A stretch of 64,000 nucleotides of DNA from Candidatus Moraniibacteriota bacterium (GCA_016699975.1 CP064994.1:321222-385221); one strand, 5' to 3'; positions 9,901-19,667 are shown, counted from the first letter of the stretch. The notes: a model not told the origin generated them from the letters alone. Numbers and translations: made by a program.

Positions 9901-11282
9901 GCGAGGTGAACGTTGATCAGCCATTTCCTTTGGATCAATATGAGCCGAAAGAGTATATCCAGAATGAACAATTGAATCCCCTCTTTGCGTATCCGGTTCT
10001 CACCCCTCTTTTGGTAAAAGAGGATCTCAGCAAAAACCGATATATCTGGCGTCTCACCTGGGAGCGGGATCGCATTGAGGCGGATCGTCTCAATGAAGAA
10101 TCGTCCCACTTTTTGAAAAAGGAGAAGATTGCTCTTGATGAGTGGCGATCTGATCAGAAACGAAACATTGAAGAGCGAGAAGAGTTGGTTAAACGACTAA
10201 GAAGTCGCATTCAGCAAACCCACTTGAGCGTTTTTGCTTACTCTCGGGGATTTGATTCAAACGATTTAGTGCTATTGCGGCAAGACCTCGAAAAATACGA
10301 CCGCCTCAAGGAGGGACACATTCATTCTGTGGATTTGAATTGGAATCTCTTTGACGATCGACTCCTGCGATTTGAGAAAACTTTGGACGGTATAGAATCG
10401 AGAGACCGAGAGAGGCAGCATGAACTTGAAAAATATGCGAATGTCATGCAGGCAGCGCGAGGAGAAATTGATGATTTCTTCGATCGGGTGCGCGCTCTTT
10501 CGGAAGACGACCTCAATACTATGTCCTTGGGCCAGTGGGAGGTTGATATGCTCTCTCAAGAGTTTTCAATTATACAGCGCATTCTTGAAGAAGATCCCGA
10601 GAAGTTTGAGAGGCTCAAAGAATTGGTGCCGAATACATTACAAAAAATGCGTACATACGCGACAATCTTGGATGTATCGGGGTTTCATAGAGAGTCAGAA
10701 ACTGCGCTTTCGCATGCCTTTCGTAAATCCGGTATCTCCAAAGAGGAGACGCCAGAGAATATTCAGCCCCTTCGTTCTCCGATGTTGGTACAAGAGAGAT
10801 ATCGAGCTTCGGAACAATCAAAGCAACAAGAAAAAGTGGCTGAACAGATACTGCCACCAGCATTGCTTGAACGCATCAATGCCGAATCCGACTTGGAAGT
10901 GAGGGGTATCATCATTATGGAAGAGAAAGAACTGTTGCATGCCAAGCTCAAAGCCATGGAGGAAGAGCACCTAGGACTTGAGGCGCTTCTCGCTCAATCA
11001 AACAAGCTTACCGAAGAGCATAATTTATTAAAAAAGATGGAACAGTCGCTCAATCGAGAGATTGGAGAGTTGACTGAGCGGAAAGCGGATAAACAAAGAG
11101 AAGGAACACTTCGTTTGAAAAGAAGAGACATTGCTGAGCAAATAAAAACAATCGAAGCGAAACTCAAAGGAACGCGTGCTCGTAAGAACAATCTCCTAGA
11201 TTTTGATCGGAAAAAAGATGAGATCAAGAAACAGATCGACGAACTTGACCGACTTGAAGATGAGACGCTTTCTCTCTTGTGA
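6915..11282 (+). CDS. ATP-dependent DEAH-box RNA helicase, HrpA/HrpB-like, 1455 aa with a long coiled-coil C-terminal tail
   Basis: Walker A GETGSGKS, DEFH (DEAH variant), SAT, TNIAETSLT, QRSGRAGR and an HA2-like region occupy the first ~550 aa. The C-terminal ~300 aa is heptad-rich (...EEKELLHAKLKAMEEEHLGLEALLAQSNKLTEEHNLLKKMEQSLNREIGEL...). It is an uninterrupted 4.4-kb ORF. Confidence 0.8.
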   Translation: MREKFDLKKTMELAPPAWQEDLRRKIRPEALPVGERREEISDLIKLSLEEQKVCLIQGETGSGKSILLPGMVYEQLERSPLPSRVLVVQPRRDAALNVSRAVSAVQKKSWGRNGAVGCATSETKEANSSSEITVVTTGIAIRYLSEMIKDIEQGKRPRFGGIMVDEFHENSVEYHMILGMLKILHDRGEAPLTLLTSATLEKEKIQHYFSIEDRHYMKVEGRRYEVENSLFDPRNTEYTENYYIQAAASEVKDILRSTTEGDILVFMPGLREINSVIHLLGHRGDGDVLPLHGSLSLEDRDAVLSGGRRRRVIVSTNIAETSLTLPGITAVVDSCRERSVKYNPATGIYERVTQLISKDSAEQRSGRAGRVRSGMCRRVVFPEEWEKMPKHRTSEIHRANLANVVLQLRGLGIDQNTFPFLDAPAPESLRFAEEQLKLLGAIDERGVVTPEGERMLDMPFFEPPLARSIVEAEKQNCVDQALVLAILERESSLFYTPSQREILERQKSSLEEKGYEVRGPLDIRSQGQQLDPEVASKLFQEQHSVALGNLREQYREKHAVFGHGSDWIRNLSVFSHAIENGLFDALRSNRTPEGKRAERELSKWCEEYRINKKALLHAAQHVSDYSRALGIDFDMNTLERKIAEFNHSDMEKVILAGYPHMILVNVTDSGRISRYRFLQGSAEEIFISSASAAFGKSSTLCVATRVNEGKGSPGKGKVTRNYASGVHPISLQRLCEVSPHLVTQKGTETFFDWERGTVFSSVQVASLHNSSRSLGEYKREATAEEAQEFFAQEFLRGYGRLFSDMPIFQENREIIQRLEKQQIRFGKNVLLPDLQSWYKDRLKNAPQPVSLDSVRAHKEDFALKEEDYFSVEKAAELAPLYPEHIELPQLGQVAVVYTYDHTSETAHVAHVTLELPNEPLSLSALSHHSFSRLTNASFPRLGTENDPVHFSLVARTPEGLLARSQSVEELQRLVRERIIHKAWSAFERSNVSENEGEVNVDQPFPLDQYEPKEYIQNEQLNPLFAYPVLTPLLVKEDLSKNRYIWRLTWERDRIEADRLNEESSHFLKKEKIALDEWRSDQKRNIEEREELVKRLRSRIQQTHLSVFAYSRGFDSNDLVLLRQDLEKYDRLKEGHIHSVDLNWNLFDDRLLRFEKTLDGIESRDRERQHELEKYANVMQAARGEIDDFFDRVRALSEDDLNTMSLGQWEVDMLSQEFSIIQRILEEDPEKFERLKELVPNTLQKMRTYATILDVSGFHRESETALSHAFRKSGISKEETPENIQPLRSPMLVQERYRASEQSKQQEKVAEQILPPALLERINAESDLEVRGIIIMEEKELLHAKLKAMEEEHLGLEALLAQSNKLTEEHNLLKKMEQSLNREIGELTERKADKQREGTLRLKRRDIAEQIKTIEAKLKGTRARKNNLLDFDRKKDEIKKQIDELDRLEDETLSLL

Positions 11283-11502
11283 CTTCCTGCTTTGTTTGAA
11301 AGAAAGAAATGTATTTTTGTTGAGTCGAAAATATTTCAACAAAGGGATATCTTGCCTCACTTTACAGTGAGTCTTTTGTGTGATTCCTGTTTGTATCGGA
11401 TTGGCTTTGATGAGCTTCTCATTTTAACGGATGATTGAAGTGAGGGGAGGAGTTGCGGGATGTACCATTGTTTCGAAACCGTTTGCGAGATAAGCTCTTC
11501 AT

Positions 11503-12102
11503 ATGTCGACCACCCTTCTTCTTAAGGAACTTGCAAAAAATTGGCGAGAAATCGGAGCAGTTGCCCCGAGTTCGGTGTTTCTTACGGAGAAAATGCTTTC
11601 TGTGATCGACTTTGCATCCGCCTGTACCGTGGTGGAGCTTGGTGCCGGAACGGGAGTTATGACGCGAGAAATGTTGAAGCGCCTTTCGTCGAAGGGAACG
11701 CTCACGGTCTTCGAACTCAATAAAAATTTTTGTAACGCACTGAGAAAAGAAAAGGATGCTCGTCTTTCAGTTCACTGTCTCTCGGCGGAAAAATTACATG
11801 CGATGCTTCCTGAAAGCTCGGTCGATGTTGTCCTTTCTGGCTTGCCGCTTCTGGTTCTCCCCAAAGAAAGAGTCCGGTCCATTCTGGAAGCCATTCAAAA
11901 AACTCTTTCACCGAAAGGGGTGTTTGTGCAATTTCAATACTCACTCGCTTCTCGAAAACTTTTGTTGCGCCACTTTCAAACGGTTGACGTATACTTCGTC
12001 TCTCGCAATATTCCGCCCGCCTTCGTCTACGTGTGCTCGTCGGGCACTCCCTCGAGGAAACGACGATCCTTTCACAACATATTTGAGCGACAGAATACAT
12101 AG
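11503..12102 (+). CDS. class I SAM-dependent methyltransferase (COG3963/PmtA-like small MTase)
   Basis: Motif I VVELGAGTGVMT and the downstream SGLP motif; 199 aa. Confidence 0.65.
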   Translation: MSTTLLLKELAKNWREIGAVAPSSVFLTEKMLSVIDFASACTVVELGAGTGVMTREMLKRLSSKGTLTVFELNKNFCNALRKEKDARLSVHCLSAEKLHAMLPESSVDVVLSGLPLLVLPKERVRSILEAIQKTLSPKGVFVQFQYSLASRKLLLRHFQTVDVYFVSRNIPPAFVYVCSSGTPSRKRRSFHNIFERQNT

Positions 12103-12110
12103 TCCACAGT

Positions 12111-12947
12111 ATGGCACTTATCGATACGCATGCGCATATTCATGATGAGCAATTTAAAGGCGAAGTGAACGCCGTATTGTGCCGCGCGCGTACAGCGGGA
12201 GTGTCTCGTATTATTACGGTCGGGACGAATGTAGAGGAGAGTCGAGTGGCGGTTTCATTCGCGTCGGTTTACGAACATGTTTACGCGACGGTCGCCGTTC
12301 ATCCGGAAAAATACTCTGAACTTCCAGATGAACTAACGAGACGAAGATGGATAGAATCGATCTCTTCGCTTGCGAAAGGCGAGAAAACCGTGGGCATCGG
12401 AGAGTGCGGACTTGACTACCATGTGTTGCAAAACATTGTCGTCCCCGAAGAGCAAAAGCAGTGTCAGCGACAAGGATTTTCCGATCATATCGAACTTGCG
12501 CGACAGGTCCACAAGCCACTCATCGTCCATGCGCGCGATTCCTACAACGATGTGCTTGCCATACTGTCCGAAAATACCGTTGATATTCCTCTGATTGTTC
12601 TTCATTGTTACCAGGGTGATACCGACGTTACGGATCGTTTTCTTACTCTTTCGGACCGGATCTTTTTTTCATTCGCTGGGAATAGCACCTATCCGCCAAA
12701 AAAAATCGATCGAAATACGAAAGATGATGTGCGAAATGTCATTCGTATGATTCCGCTTGATCGCCTCCTTTCCGAAACGGATTGTCCATATCTTGCGCCG
12801 CAAAAATTTCGTGGCCAGCGAAACGAACCAGCGTATGTCGAGGAAGTGGTTCTTGCGATTGCCGAGTTTCGGGGCGTGTCGCCTGAAAGCGTCGAGCGAG
12901 CGATTGAGTATACCGCTCGCCGTATTTTTCCTCGGATGTTTTTTTGA
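12111..12947 (+). CDS. tatD: TatD family metal-dependent DNase/hydrolase
   Basis: N-terminal LIDTHAHI, ...GIGECGLDYH..., ...PLIVHARDS..., ...LLSETDCPYLAP... are TatD signatures. Confidence 0.85.
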   Translation: MALIDTHAHIHDEQFKGEVNAVLCRARTAGVSRIITVGTNVEESRVAVSFASVYEHVYATVAVHPEKYSELPDELTRRRWIESISSLAKGEKTVGIGECGLDYHVLQNIVVPEEQKQCQRQGFSDHIELARQVHKPLIVHARDSYNDVLAILSENTVDIPLIVLHCYQGDTDVTDRFLTLSDRIFFSFAGNSTYPPKKIDRNTKDDVRNVIRMIPLDRLLSETDCPYLAPQKFRGQRNEPAYVEEVVLAIAEFRGVSPESVERAIEYTARRIFPRMFF

Positions 12948-13020
12948 GCAGGAGTTCGATTGTGTGCTATCGTATTTCATGAGAACCTTTCTTTCTCCTT
13001 CCCAACTTTACATCACAGCA

Positions 13021-14019
13021 ATGCTTATGAAACGAAAAATACTGATTTTGATAGGAGCAGTCCTCACTCTGCTTTTTGTAGGAGTTGTAGTTTTTTTCTT
13101 GTCTCGGGGAAATGAGAGTACGAGCCTCTCACTTCCAGGAAACTCCAAAAAACTTTCGGTCGTGACGACACTTTTCCCACTTGCCGAATTCGCTCGGGAA
13201 GTGGGAGGAGATTTTGTTGACGTGAAACTCTTGCTTCCGCCGGGTGCGGAGGCTCATGCCTTTGAACCGACGCCCCAAGATATCGCCATGATCAATTCAG
13301 CCGATCTCTTTATTTTTACCGGGAAAGCGATGGAACCGTGGGCGGAAAATATAGCGAGCGAAGCGCAAAAATCCGGAGTACGCGTTTTGGATGCATCCGT
13401 TGGCGTGCCGATGCTTCTCCGCAGAGAGGATCGGAAGGAGGATTCCGGCGATACAGATTCTCATGATTCAGAAGAGGCGAATGGGAGAGTGGATCCGCAT
13501 ATATGGCTCGATCCCGAGAATGCAATTCACATGGTGCAAGAAATAGAAAAGGCTCTGTCGGAAAAGGATGCGGAACACAAAGACGTATACCGAGAACGAA
13601 GCGAGGCGTACCAAGAAACGATTTCTCTTATCGACGAGGCGTACCGCACGACTCTTGAATCATGCGCGACAAAAACACTTCTCTATGGAGGACATTACGC
13701 CTTTGGGTATGTCGCAAAGCGCTACGGACTTTCGTATAGGGCGGCTCAAGGATTTTCTCCTGATGCGGAACCAACAGCTCGTACACTTGCTGAGCTCACG
13801 GATCAGATTCGTCGGGAGAATATTCGATTCATTTTTTATGAAGAGCTTTCGAGTCCGAAAATCGCCGAGACACTCTCTCGTGAAACAGGGGCAACGCTCC
13901 TTCTTTTGAACGCTGCACACAATGTTTCGAAAGAGGATATGGGGGAAAAAGTTTCCTTCCTCGATATTTTGGAAGAGAACCGGGCAAATCTCGCAGAGGG
14001 TCTTGAATGTCGGGAATAA
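13021..14019 (+). CDS. znuA: metal (Zn/Mn) ABC transporter substrate-binding protein, ZnuA/TroA family, with acidic/His-rich loop
   Basis: Signal/TM segment MLMKRKILILIGAVLTLLF, then ...VDPHIWLDPENA..., and a loop EDRKEDSGDTDSHDSEEANGR typical of ZnuA. In-frame ATG at 13021. The upstream part of ORF 12757 overlaps tatD and is not coding. Confidence 0.8.
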   Translation: MLMKRKILILIGAVLTLLFVGVVVFFLSRGNESTSLSLPGNSKKLSVVTTLFPLAEFAREVGGDFVDVKLLLPPGAEAHAFEPTPQDIAMINSADLFIFTGKAMEPWAENIASEAQKSGVRVLDASVGVPMLLRREDRKEDSGDTDSHDSEEANGRVDPHIWLDPENAIHMVQEIEKALSEKDAEHKDVYRERSEAYQETISLIDEAYRTTLESCATKTLLYGGHYAFGYVAKRYGLSYRAAQGFSPDAEPTARTLAELTDQIRRENIRFIFYEELSSPKIAETLSRETGATLLLLNAAHNVSKEDMGEKVSFLDILEENRANLAEGLECRE

Positions 14020-14783
14020 TATTTTCGAGTATGGCATCGGTTCTTGAGGTTGACGGATTCACAGTTCGCGTGGAACAGAGCCTCGCATTGGAGGATGTTT
14101 CGTTTCGTATCGAGGCTGGGGATTTCGTGGGAATTGCCGGGCCAAATGGCGCCGGAAAAACGACTCTCATCAAAGGCATTCTTGGTCTTCTCACGCCGAC
14201 TCGCGGAACAGTGAAGCTGTTTGGTCTTCCGGCAAATTCGCCCCGCACGTATTCCCGAATCGGATATTTGCCTCAAAAAACATTCGCTTCGAACCCGCTT
14301 TTCCCGGCAACAGTGGAAGAGGTGGTAACGCTCGGGCTCCTTTCCGGAAAGTCGTTCCCCAAAAGAATAACTTCTCTAGATCGAGAGAAGGCGAGAGAGA
14401 TGCTCCTCAAGCTCGGAATTGATTCGCTTGGCGAAAAGATGTTCGCGCATCTTTCGGGAGGGGAACATCAGCGAGTGCTTCTCGCTCGAGCGCTGGTGCA
14501 GGATCCCAAACTGCTTATCTTTGACGAACCATCGACGGCGCTCGATCCGCGTTCTCGGGACGATTTCTTTCGTCTTCTTGAAACACTGAATCGCGTGCAA
14601 GGAGTCACGATTCTCTTTGTGACTCACGATACGACCTACATCGAAAAGTACGCCAATACGATCCTCTATGTGGATCGCAAAGTCGTATATTTCGGTGACG
14701 CTCGAGCATTTTTTACCGTTGGAGATACCGGGAACCTCGAGGGACAACATCATATCCACTTTTTTCAAAGGCATGATGACTGA
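14007..14783 (+). CDS. znuC: metal ABC transporter ATP-binding protein
   Basis: Walker A GPNGAGKTTL, signature LSGGEHQRVLLARAL, Walker B LLIFDEP. Confidence 0.8.
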   Translation: MSGIIFSSMASVLEVDGFTVRVEQSLALEDVSFRIEAGDFVGIAGPNGAGKTTLIKGILGLLTPTRGTVKLFGLPANSPRTYSRIGYLPQKTFASNPLFPATVEEVVTLGLLSGKSFPKRITSLDREKAREMLLKLGIDSLGEKMFAHLSGGEHQRVLLARALVQDPKLLIFDEPSTALDPRSRDDFFRLLETLNRVQGVTILFVTHDTTYIEKYANTILYVDRKVVYFGDARAFFTVGDTGNLEGQHHIHFFQRHDD

Positions 14784-15729
14784 AAGTCTGGGAGAAGTTT
14801 TCTCCTTTTTGCACTACGGTTTTATCCAGCGAGCATTTGTGGTCGGCATTTTTGTTGGTGCGACCTGTGCGCTTCTTGGTGTGTTTTTGGTTCTGAAGAA
14901 AATGTCGCTTATCGGAGATGGACTTTCCCATGTTTCGTTTGGCGCGGTTGCACTCGGACTTTTTTGGGGAGCTTCTCCGCTCTTCGTTGCCGTTCCGGTT
15001 GTTCTGGTAGCGTCGGTTGCAATTCTGTGGATTTCCAAATATGCGAAACTCTACGGAGATGCGGCGATTGGAGTCGTCTCTGCCATTGGCATCGCGTTTG
15101 GTGTTCTCCTTGCCAGTCTCTCGGGGGGATTCACAGTCGATCTCCTGGGCCTTCTCTTTGGCAATATTCTTGCAGTTACGACAGGAGAAGTCATTTCTTC
15201 CATAATTCTTTTCCTCCTTGTTTCGACGGTTGTCATCTTTCTTTACTGGGACCTTTTTTCCGTCACTTTTGATGAAGAATATGCGCAATCGACAGGGGTG
15301 CGAGTTGAACTGCTCGATATGCTTCTTGCGGTCTTGACGGGGATAACTGTTGTTCTCTCACTCAAAATTGTGGGAGTCATGCTGGTTTCAGCATTTCTTA
15401 TTCTCCCTGCAATTACCGCCCTCCAATTTTCCAGAGGATTTTTCAACACGATTTTGATTGCGGAAGGAGCTACTCTTTTCTCGATTCTTTTTGGAATTAC
15501 CTTTTCTTTCTTTTGGAATATTCCAGCAGGCGCGACTATTGCACTTTTTTTAGCAACTCTTTTTGTCGGATCTTTCCTCATAAAAAGTTTCTCACGATTC
15601 TCTAAAAATGCGCGAATGTTGAGGGAGAAGAGACAATTGTTCGAAGCGAAAGTGCCCTGTGTGTTTGAGGAGAAAGCCGATTCATTTTTTGTTCAGATGA
15701 AGGAGGATTTCTTCTTTTTCCCTTTTTAG
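14773..15729 (+). CDS. znuB: metal ABC transporter permease (ZnuB/TroCD family)
   Basis: Polytopic membrane protein following znuA-znuC. Start MMTESLGEVFSFL at 14773 is in frame with ORF 14668. Confidence 0.75.
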   Translation: MMTESLGEVFSFLHYGFIQRAFVVGIFVGATCALLGVFLVLKKMSLIGDGLSHVSFGAVALGLFWGASPLFVAVPVVLVASVAILWISKYAKLYGDAAIGVVSAIGIAFGVLLASLSGGFTVDLLGLLFGNILAVTTGEVISSIILFLLVSTVVIFLYWDLFSVTFDEEYAQSTGVRVELLDMLLAVLTGITVVLSLKIVGVMLVSAFLILPAITALQFSRGFFNTILIAEGATLFSILFGITFSFFWNIPAGATIALFLATLFVGSFLIKSFSRFSKNARMLREKRQLFEAKVPCVFEEKADSFFVQMKEDFFFFPF

Positions 15730-15826
15730 AGCCATATTGTCACAGTTCAGGGAGGATGAGAGCGGGAAAGAAGGTGCTGACATTTCTCCCTTGAAGAGGT
15801 CTCATTCTGAACCTATGGACAATTGC

Positions 15827-15926
15827 TTGACAAAAGAAAATCATGTTGCTAAGCTCTCACAAGTGCTCGGGAAAGACCGAGTGTTTCTCTTTCAACTGTA
15901 CTGCTTTGGTTTTTGTGTGATATACT
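15827..15926 (+). promoter_or_regulatory. candidate sigma70-type promoters upstream of tuf
   Basis: Perfect -35 TTGACA (15827-15832), 17-nt spacer, -10 TAAGCT (15850-15855). A second candidate further downstream is an extended -10, TGaTATACT at 15918-15926. Confidence 0.3.
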
Positions 15927-16044
15927 GTTCGCAGTTTCCGAAATTTATTCCTCGAAATCTAAATCGTTAATTTACGAGAGGCGAGAAAAACGTACTCATA
16001 TCCTCACAGGAGGACAAAACTTGGCGGTATCTCGAACCTTACTT

Positions 16045-17235
16045 ATGGCGGAGCAATTGCAGCGGAGTAAACCGCACGTGAATGTGGGAACTATCGGTCA
16101 TGTTGACCACGGGAAGACGACTCTGACCGCGGCCATTTTGCATGTCCTCAGCATGAAGGGTCTTGCAAAGGCAAAGAACGTTGATGAGATCGATAAAGCT
16201 CCAGAAGAAAAGGCTCGCGGTATTACAATCGCGACTTCCCACTGCGAGTATGAATCCGAGGCTCGTCATTATGCACACGTCGACTGTCCGGGGCATGCTG
16301 ACTACATTAAGAACATGATTACCGGTGCCGCTCAGATGGACGGCGCAGTTCTCGTGGTGTCGGCAACTGATGGTCCCATGCCGCAAACGAGAGAACATAT
16401 TCTGCTTGCAAGACAGGTGGGTGTGCCGGCTATTGTTGTTTTCTTGAACAAGGTAGACATGGTGGATGATCCTGAGTTGGTTGATTTGGTTGAAGCGGAG
16501 GTACGAGAACTCCTCTCGAAATATGAGTTTGATGGTGATAATGCATCCATCATTCGCGGGAGTGCTCTTAAGGCTCTTGAATCCAAGTCTGCCGACGAAG
16601 CCGATGCAAAGCCGATTCTTGACCTCATGGAAGCACTTGACAGCAAAATTCCGGAACCGGTTCGAGATACTGACAAGCCGTTCCTCATGCCCATTGAAGA
16701 TATTTTTTCCATTGAAGGGCGTGGTACCGTGGTGACGGGACGCATTGAGCGAGGGGTCGTGAACATCAACGAAGAAATTGAAATCGTTGGTATTCGTCCC
16801 ACAGTAAAAACCGTTGTTACCGGTATTGAGATGTTTAATAAGTCGCTTGATCGCGGCCAAGCCGGAGACAATGCGGGACTCCTTCTTCGTGGTATCAAAA
16901 AAGAAGATGTAGAGCGCGGACAGGTGCTTGCAAAGCCTGGCTCCATTACTCCCCACACTGAATTTGAGGGAGAAGTCTATATCTTGACCAAAGAAGAAGG
17001 CGGTCGCCACACTCCTTTTTTCAAAGGGTACAAGCCGCAATTTTATATTCGTACCACCGATGTTACTGGTGATGTGACCCTGCCAGAGGGATCGGAGATG
17101 GTCATGCCGGGTGATACCGTGAAACTGAAGGTAAGCCTTATCGCTCCGGTTGCGATGGAAGAAGGGATGCGCTTTGCTATTCGCGAAGGAGGGCGGACTG
17201 TTGGCGCGGGAGTCGCGACTTCCATCATCAAATAA
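16045..17235 (+). CDS. tuf: translation elongation factor Tu
   Basis: [31 protein letters not shown]..., [16 protein letters not shown]. The 396-aa in-frame ATG at 16045 lies inside the longer ORF 15913. Confidence 0.95.
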   Translation: MAEQLQRSKPHVNVGTIGHVDHGKTTLTAAILHVLSMKGLAKAKNVDEIDKAPEEKARGITIATSHCEYESEARHYAHVDCPGHADYIKNMITGAAQMDGAVLVVSATDGPMPQTREHILLARQVGVPAIVVFLNKVDMVDDPELVDLVEAEVRELLSKYEFDGDNASIIRGSALKALESKSADEADAKPILDLMEALDSKIPEPVRDTDKPFLMPIEDIFSIEGRGTVVTGRIERGVVNINEEIEIVGIRPTVKTVVTGIEMFNKSLDRGQAGDNAGLLLRGIKKEDVERGQVLAKPGSITPHTEFEGEVYILTKEEGGRHTPFFKGYKPQFYIRTTDVTGDVTLPEGSEMVMPGDTVKLKVSLIAPVAMEEGMRFAIREGGRTVGAGVATSIIK

Positions 17236-17370
17236 TTTCGAGAAAAGAACAAGTCTCAGGCTTTTCTGGGACTTGTTACTGTCTCCCGAAAATTGCAAGG
17301 ACGGTTACGGTATTTCAGGAAACGTATCAATAGTTGTCTTCTTCTTCGAAGATACGATCTTTACCGGAGC

Positions 17371-17400
17371 TTCACTTGTTGCTTGAAGGAGTGTTATAAT
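17371..17400 (+). promoter_or_regulatory. candidate extended -10 promoter for the S10 operon
   Basis: tgtTATAAT at 17392-17400 (TGn + perfect -10), about 16 nt upstream of the rpsJ start, with TTCACT/TTGCTT -35-like hexamers upstream. Confidence 0.35.
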
Positions 17401-17416
17401 TCCCGTTGCCATTCGC

Positions 17417-17746
17417 ATGAAGAAGTCGGAACCACGAGATGCAACCAATCGAGTTCGTATCAAGATCAAAGCGTACGATCACAAGATAATTGATCAGACC
17501 GCGCGCAAGAGTGTGGAAACGGCGGAACGGACGGGGGCGGGTGTGACCGGACCAGTACCGTTGCCGACCGAGATGCATCGGGTGACGGTGAATCGCTCCT
17601 CGTTTGTGCATAAAAATGCACGTGATCAGTACGAGATGCGCGTTCACAAACGAGTGGTTGATATTCTGAATCCGACGGCGAAGACGGTTGATCAGCTCAC
17701 CAACCTGGATCTTCCCGCGGGAGTGGATATTGAAATTAAAATGTAG
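17417..17746 (+). CDS. rpsJ: 30S ribosomal protein S10
   Basis: ...[38 protein letters not shown]... is canonical S10. Confidence 0.95.
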   Translation: MKKSEPRDATNRVRIKIKAYDHKIIDQTARKSVETAERTGAGVTGPVPLPTEMHRVTVNRSSFVHKNARDQYEMRVHKRVVDILNPTAKTVDQLTNLDLPAGVDIEIKM

Positions 17747-18079
17747 AGCTTCTCTGTAATCATTGTCAGCACTTTTTCTTACAAGAGGTGAGTGGCACGC
17801 CAAGGATGAGAAGGATCTCTCGAAGAAATTCGGGAATAACAATCTCGGCTCTTGTGTGGACGGCAGGATAAGCTCTGGATATACAACTCGTTTTCGTCCG
17901 GCTCTCGGAAAGATATTGTGGTGGAGAGTGCGGATACGTAGCGGGACCGAAGAAAGAAGCATGAGAAATGCTTGTTTTATGGGACTGGCTTCAGACCGGT
18001 TTTTTTATTGGGAAAGTTATTCAATCTCGAGCCTGATTCGTAAAATTGAGTTCCTGAAATACTTCCCGTTTTCCTCACT

Positions 18080-18669
18080 ATGAAATTTCTTCTTGGTAAA
18101 AAATCGGAATGACCACGATTCACGACGTGGAACGAGGTGCGCAAAATGTGACACTTCTTGAGTGTGACGTGAACACGATTACGCTCCTTCGCGACAAGGA
18201 GCGTGACGGCTATAGTGCCGTCCAAGTTGAGACTTCGTGGTCTAAGCGCCGCAGTGTTCGTCGTGAGTTTCGCTTGGATCAAGACGCTTCCGAAAATATT
18301 ACCTCCGAAAAAGAGGCTTTTTCCATAGGAATGGTATTGTCGGTCGAGAAGTTTGTGGTGGGAGAAAGAGTTCGTGTTTCGGGGATAACGAAAGCAAAAG
18401 GGTTTCAGGGAGTCGTAAAGCGTCACGGATTTAAAGGGGCACCCAAAACACATGGGCACAAACACGACCTGCGGGCCCCTGGTTCGATCGGTGCGACTAC
18501 GCCGCAGCATGTGACCAAGGGTATGCGTATGGCGGGACGTATGGGAGGGACACGATCGACATCGGAGAATCTTCGGATTGCCTATGTGGATCCCGAGAAG
18601 CGATTGATTGGTGTTCGGGGTGCCGTTCCCGGTGTTCCGGGAAGCATCGTTGAGATTTGTTCGCTCTAA
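18080..18669 (+). CDS. rplC: 50S ribosomal protein L3; N-terminus displaced by a single-base frame change in an A run
   Basis: ATG at 18080 gives MKFLLGKK. After a 6-A run (18098-18103) the frame shifts into ORF 18109 (MTTIHDVERGAQNVTL...KGFQGVVKRHGFKG...). Restoring one A gives MKFLLGKKIGMTTIHD, the canonical L3 start. Confidence 0.85.
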
Positions 18670-18681
18670 AATTGAAGAGAT

Positions 18682-19329
18682 ATGGCGTTGCTTCAGACAT
18701 ACAATCTTGACGGAGGCGAATCGGGTTCGATCGAACTGGAAGATCGGTTTTTCGATATCCCTCTAAATGAGGCTCTTCTGAAAGAGGTGTATGTGGCTCT
18801 TTCCGCCAACGAACGAGAGGTGATCGCGCATACCAAAGGGCGTGGAGAACGAGCGGGTTCCGGGAAAAAACCGTGGAAGCAAAAACACACGGGACGAGCT
18901 CGCGCGGGAAGCGTTCGAAGTCCTCTCTGGAGAAAAGGAGGAGTGGTATTTGGCCCCAAAAATACCCGGAATTTTTCAAAAAAAGTGAATAAGAAGGCAA
19001 AGCAGAAAGCTTTTTCTATAGCAATGAGCGAAAAACTTCGAAGGAACCAAATGAAAGTGTTAGACTCGTTTGAACTTTCGCAGCCCAAGACAAAATTAGT
19101 GGCAAGTGCGCTTCAGAAATTGGGAGTGTCTGAGAAATCGCTCGTCCTCGGGTTTCTTTCTTCCGAAAAGTCCTTCGAGCGTGCAGGACAGAATATCGCT
19201 CTTCTTACCTCTCGCTCCGCACATACACTCAATGTAAAAGATATTTTGGATCATCATTTTCTTCTGATGAGTCGAGAGGGAATTCAGCATATTCAAGATC
19301 GAATGCGTCTTTCAGCAAAGGAATTATGA
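18682..19329 (+). CDS. rplD: 50S ribosomal protein L4
   Basis: ...HTKGRGERAGSGKKPWKQKHTGRARAGSVRSPLWRKGGVVFGPK... is an L4 signature. Confidence 0.9.
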   Translation: MALLQTYNLDGGESGSIELEDRFFDIPLNEALLKEVYVALSANEREVIAHTKGRGERAGSGKKPWKQKHTGRARAGSVRSPLWRKGGVVFGPKNTRNFSKKVNKKAKQKAFSIAMSEKLRRNQMKVLDSFELSQPKTKLVASALQKLGVSEKSLVLGFLSSEKSFERAGQNIALLTSRSAHTLNVKDILDHHFLLMSREGIQHIQDRMRLSAKEL

Positions 19330-19655
19330 CCAAGAAAAAGGAAATGCTTGAGCAGAAAAAGCAATCATCCGAACAGGCTGTTCGCATATTGCTTCGTCCA
19401 CGCATGACAGAAAAAGCCCATTCACTCATCGCTTCTCGAAAGTACGTCTTTCAGATATCGTCTCTTGCGACGAAGCTTGCGGTGAAGCGTTCGGTTGAGA
19501 CGGTGTATGGCGTAAAGGTGCTCTCAGTGAATATTGTTCGTATCCCAAGAAGGCACCGAGTGTTTGGCCGGGTTTCCGGTTGGAGATCAGCGGTGAAGAA
19601 GGCAATCGTTACCCTCAAGGAAGGGGAGAATATCGAACTGTTTAAGGGAGTTTAG
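19326..19655 (+). CDS. rplW: 50S ribosomal protein L23
   Basis: Position after rplD and L23-like sequence ...LLRPRMTEKA...VKVLSVNIVRIP... Confidence 0.85.
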   Translation: MTKKKEMLEQKKQSSEQAVRILLRPRMTEKAHSLIASRKYVFQISSLATKLAVKRSVETVYGVKVLSVNIVRIPRRHRVFGRVSGWRSAVKKAIVTLKEGENIELFKGV

Positions 19656-19667
19656 GTATCTTGTCGT

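Noticed and set aside
12757-13020. 5' extension of the znuA ORF overlapping tatD by 190 bp
   Set aside because: The extension is antisense-like junk. A clean signal-peptide start (MLMKRKIL...) exists at 13021, downstream of the tatD stop.
16039-17298. Long reverse-strand ORFs antisense to tuf, the malic enzyme gene (45652-46722) and the M16 peptidase (649-1410)
   Set aside because: They overlap well-supported genes on the opposite strand and have low-complexity, Arg/Ser-rich translations typical of antisense frames.
17763-18083. ORF 17763-18083 as a gene between rpsJ and rplC
   Set aside because: It is an artefact of the rplC frame change. Its 3' end is the true rplC start in another frame, and the translation is unconvincing.
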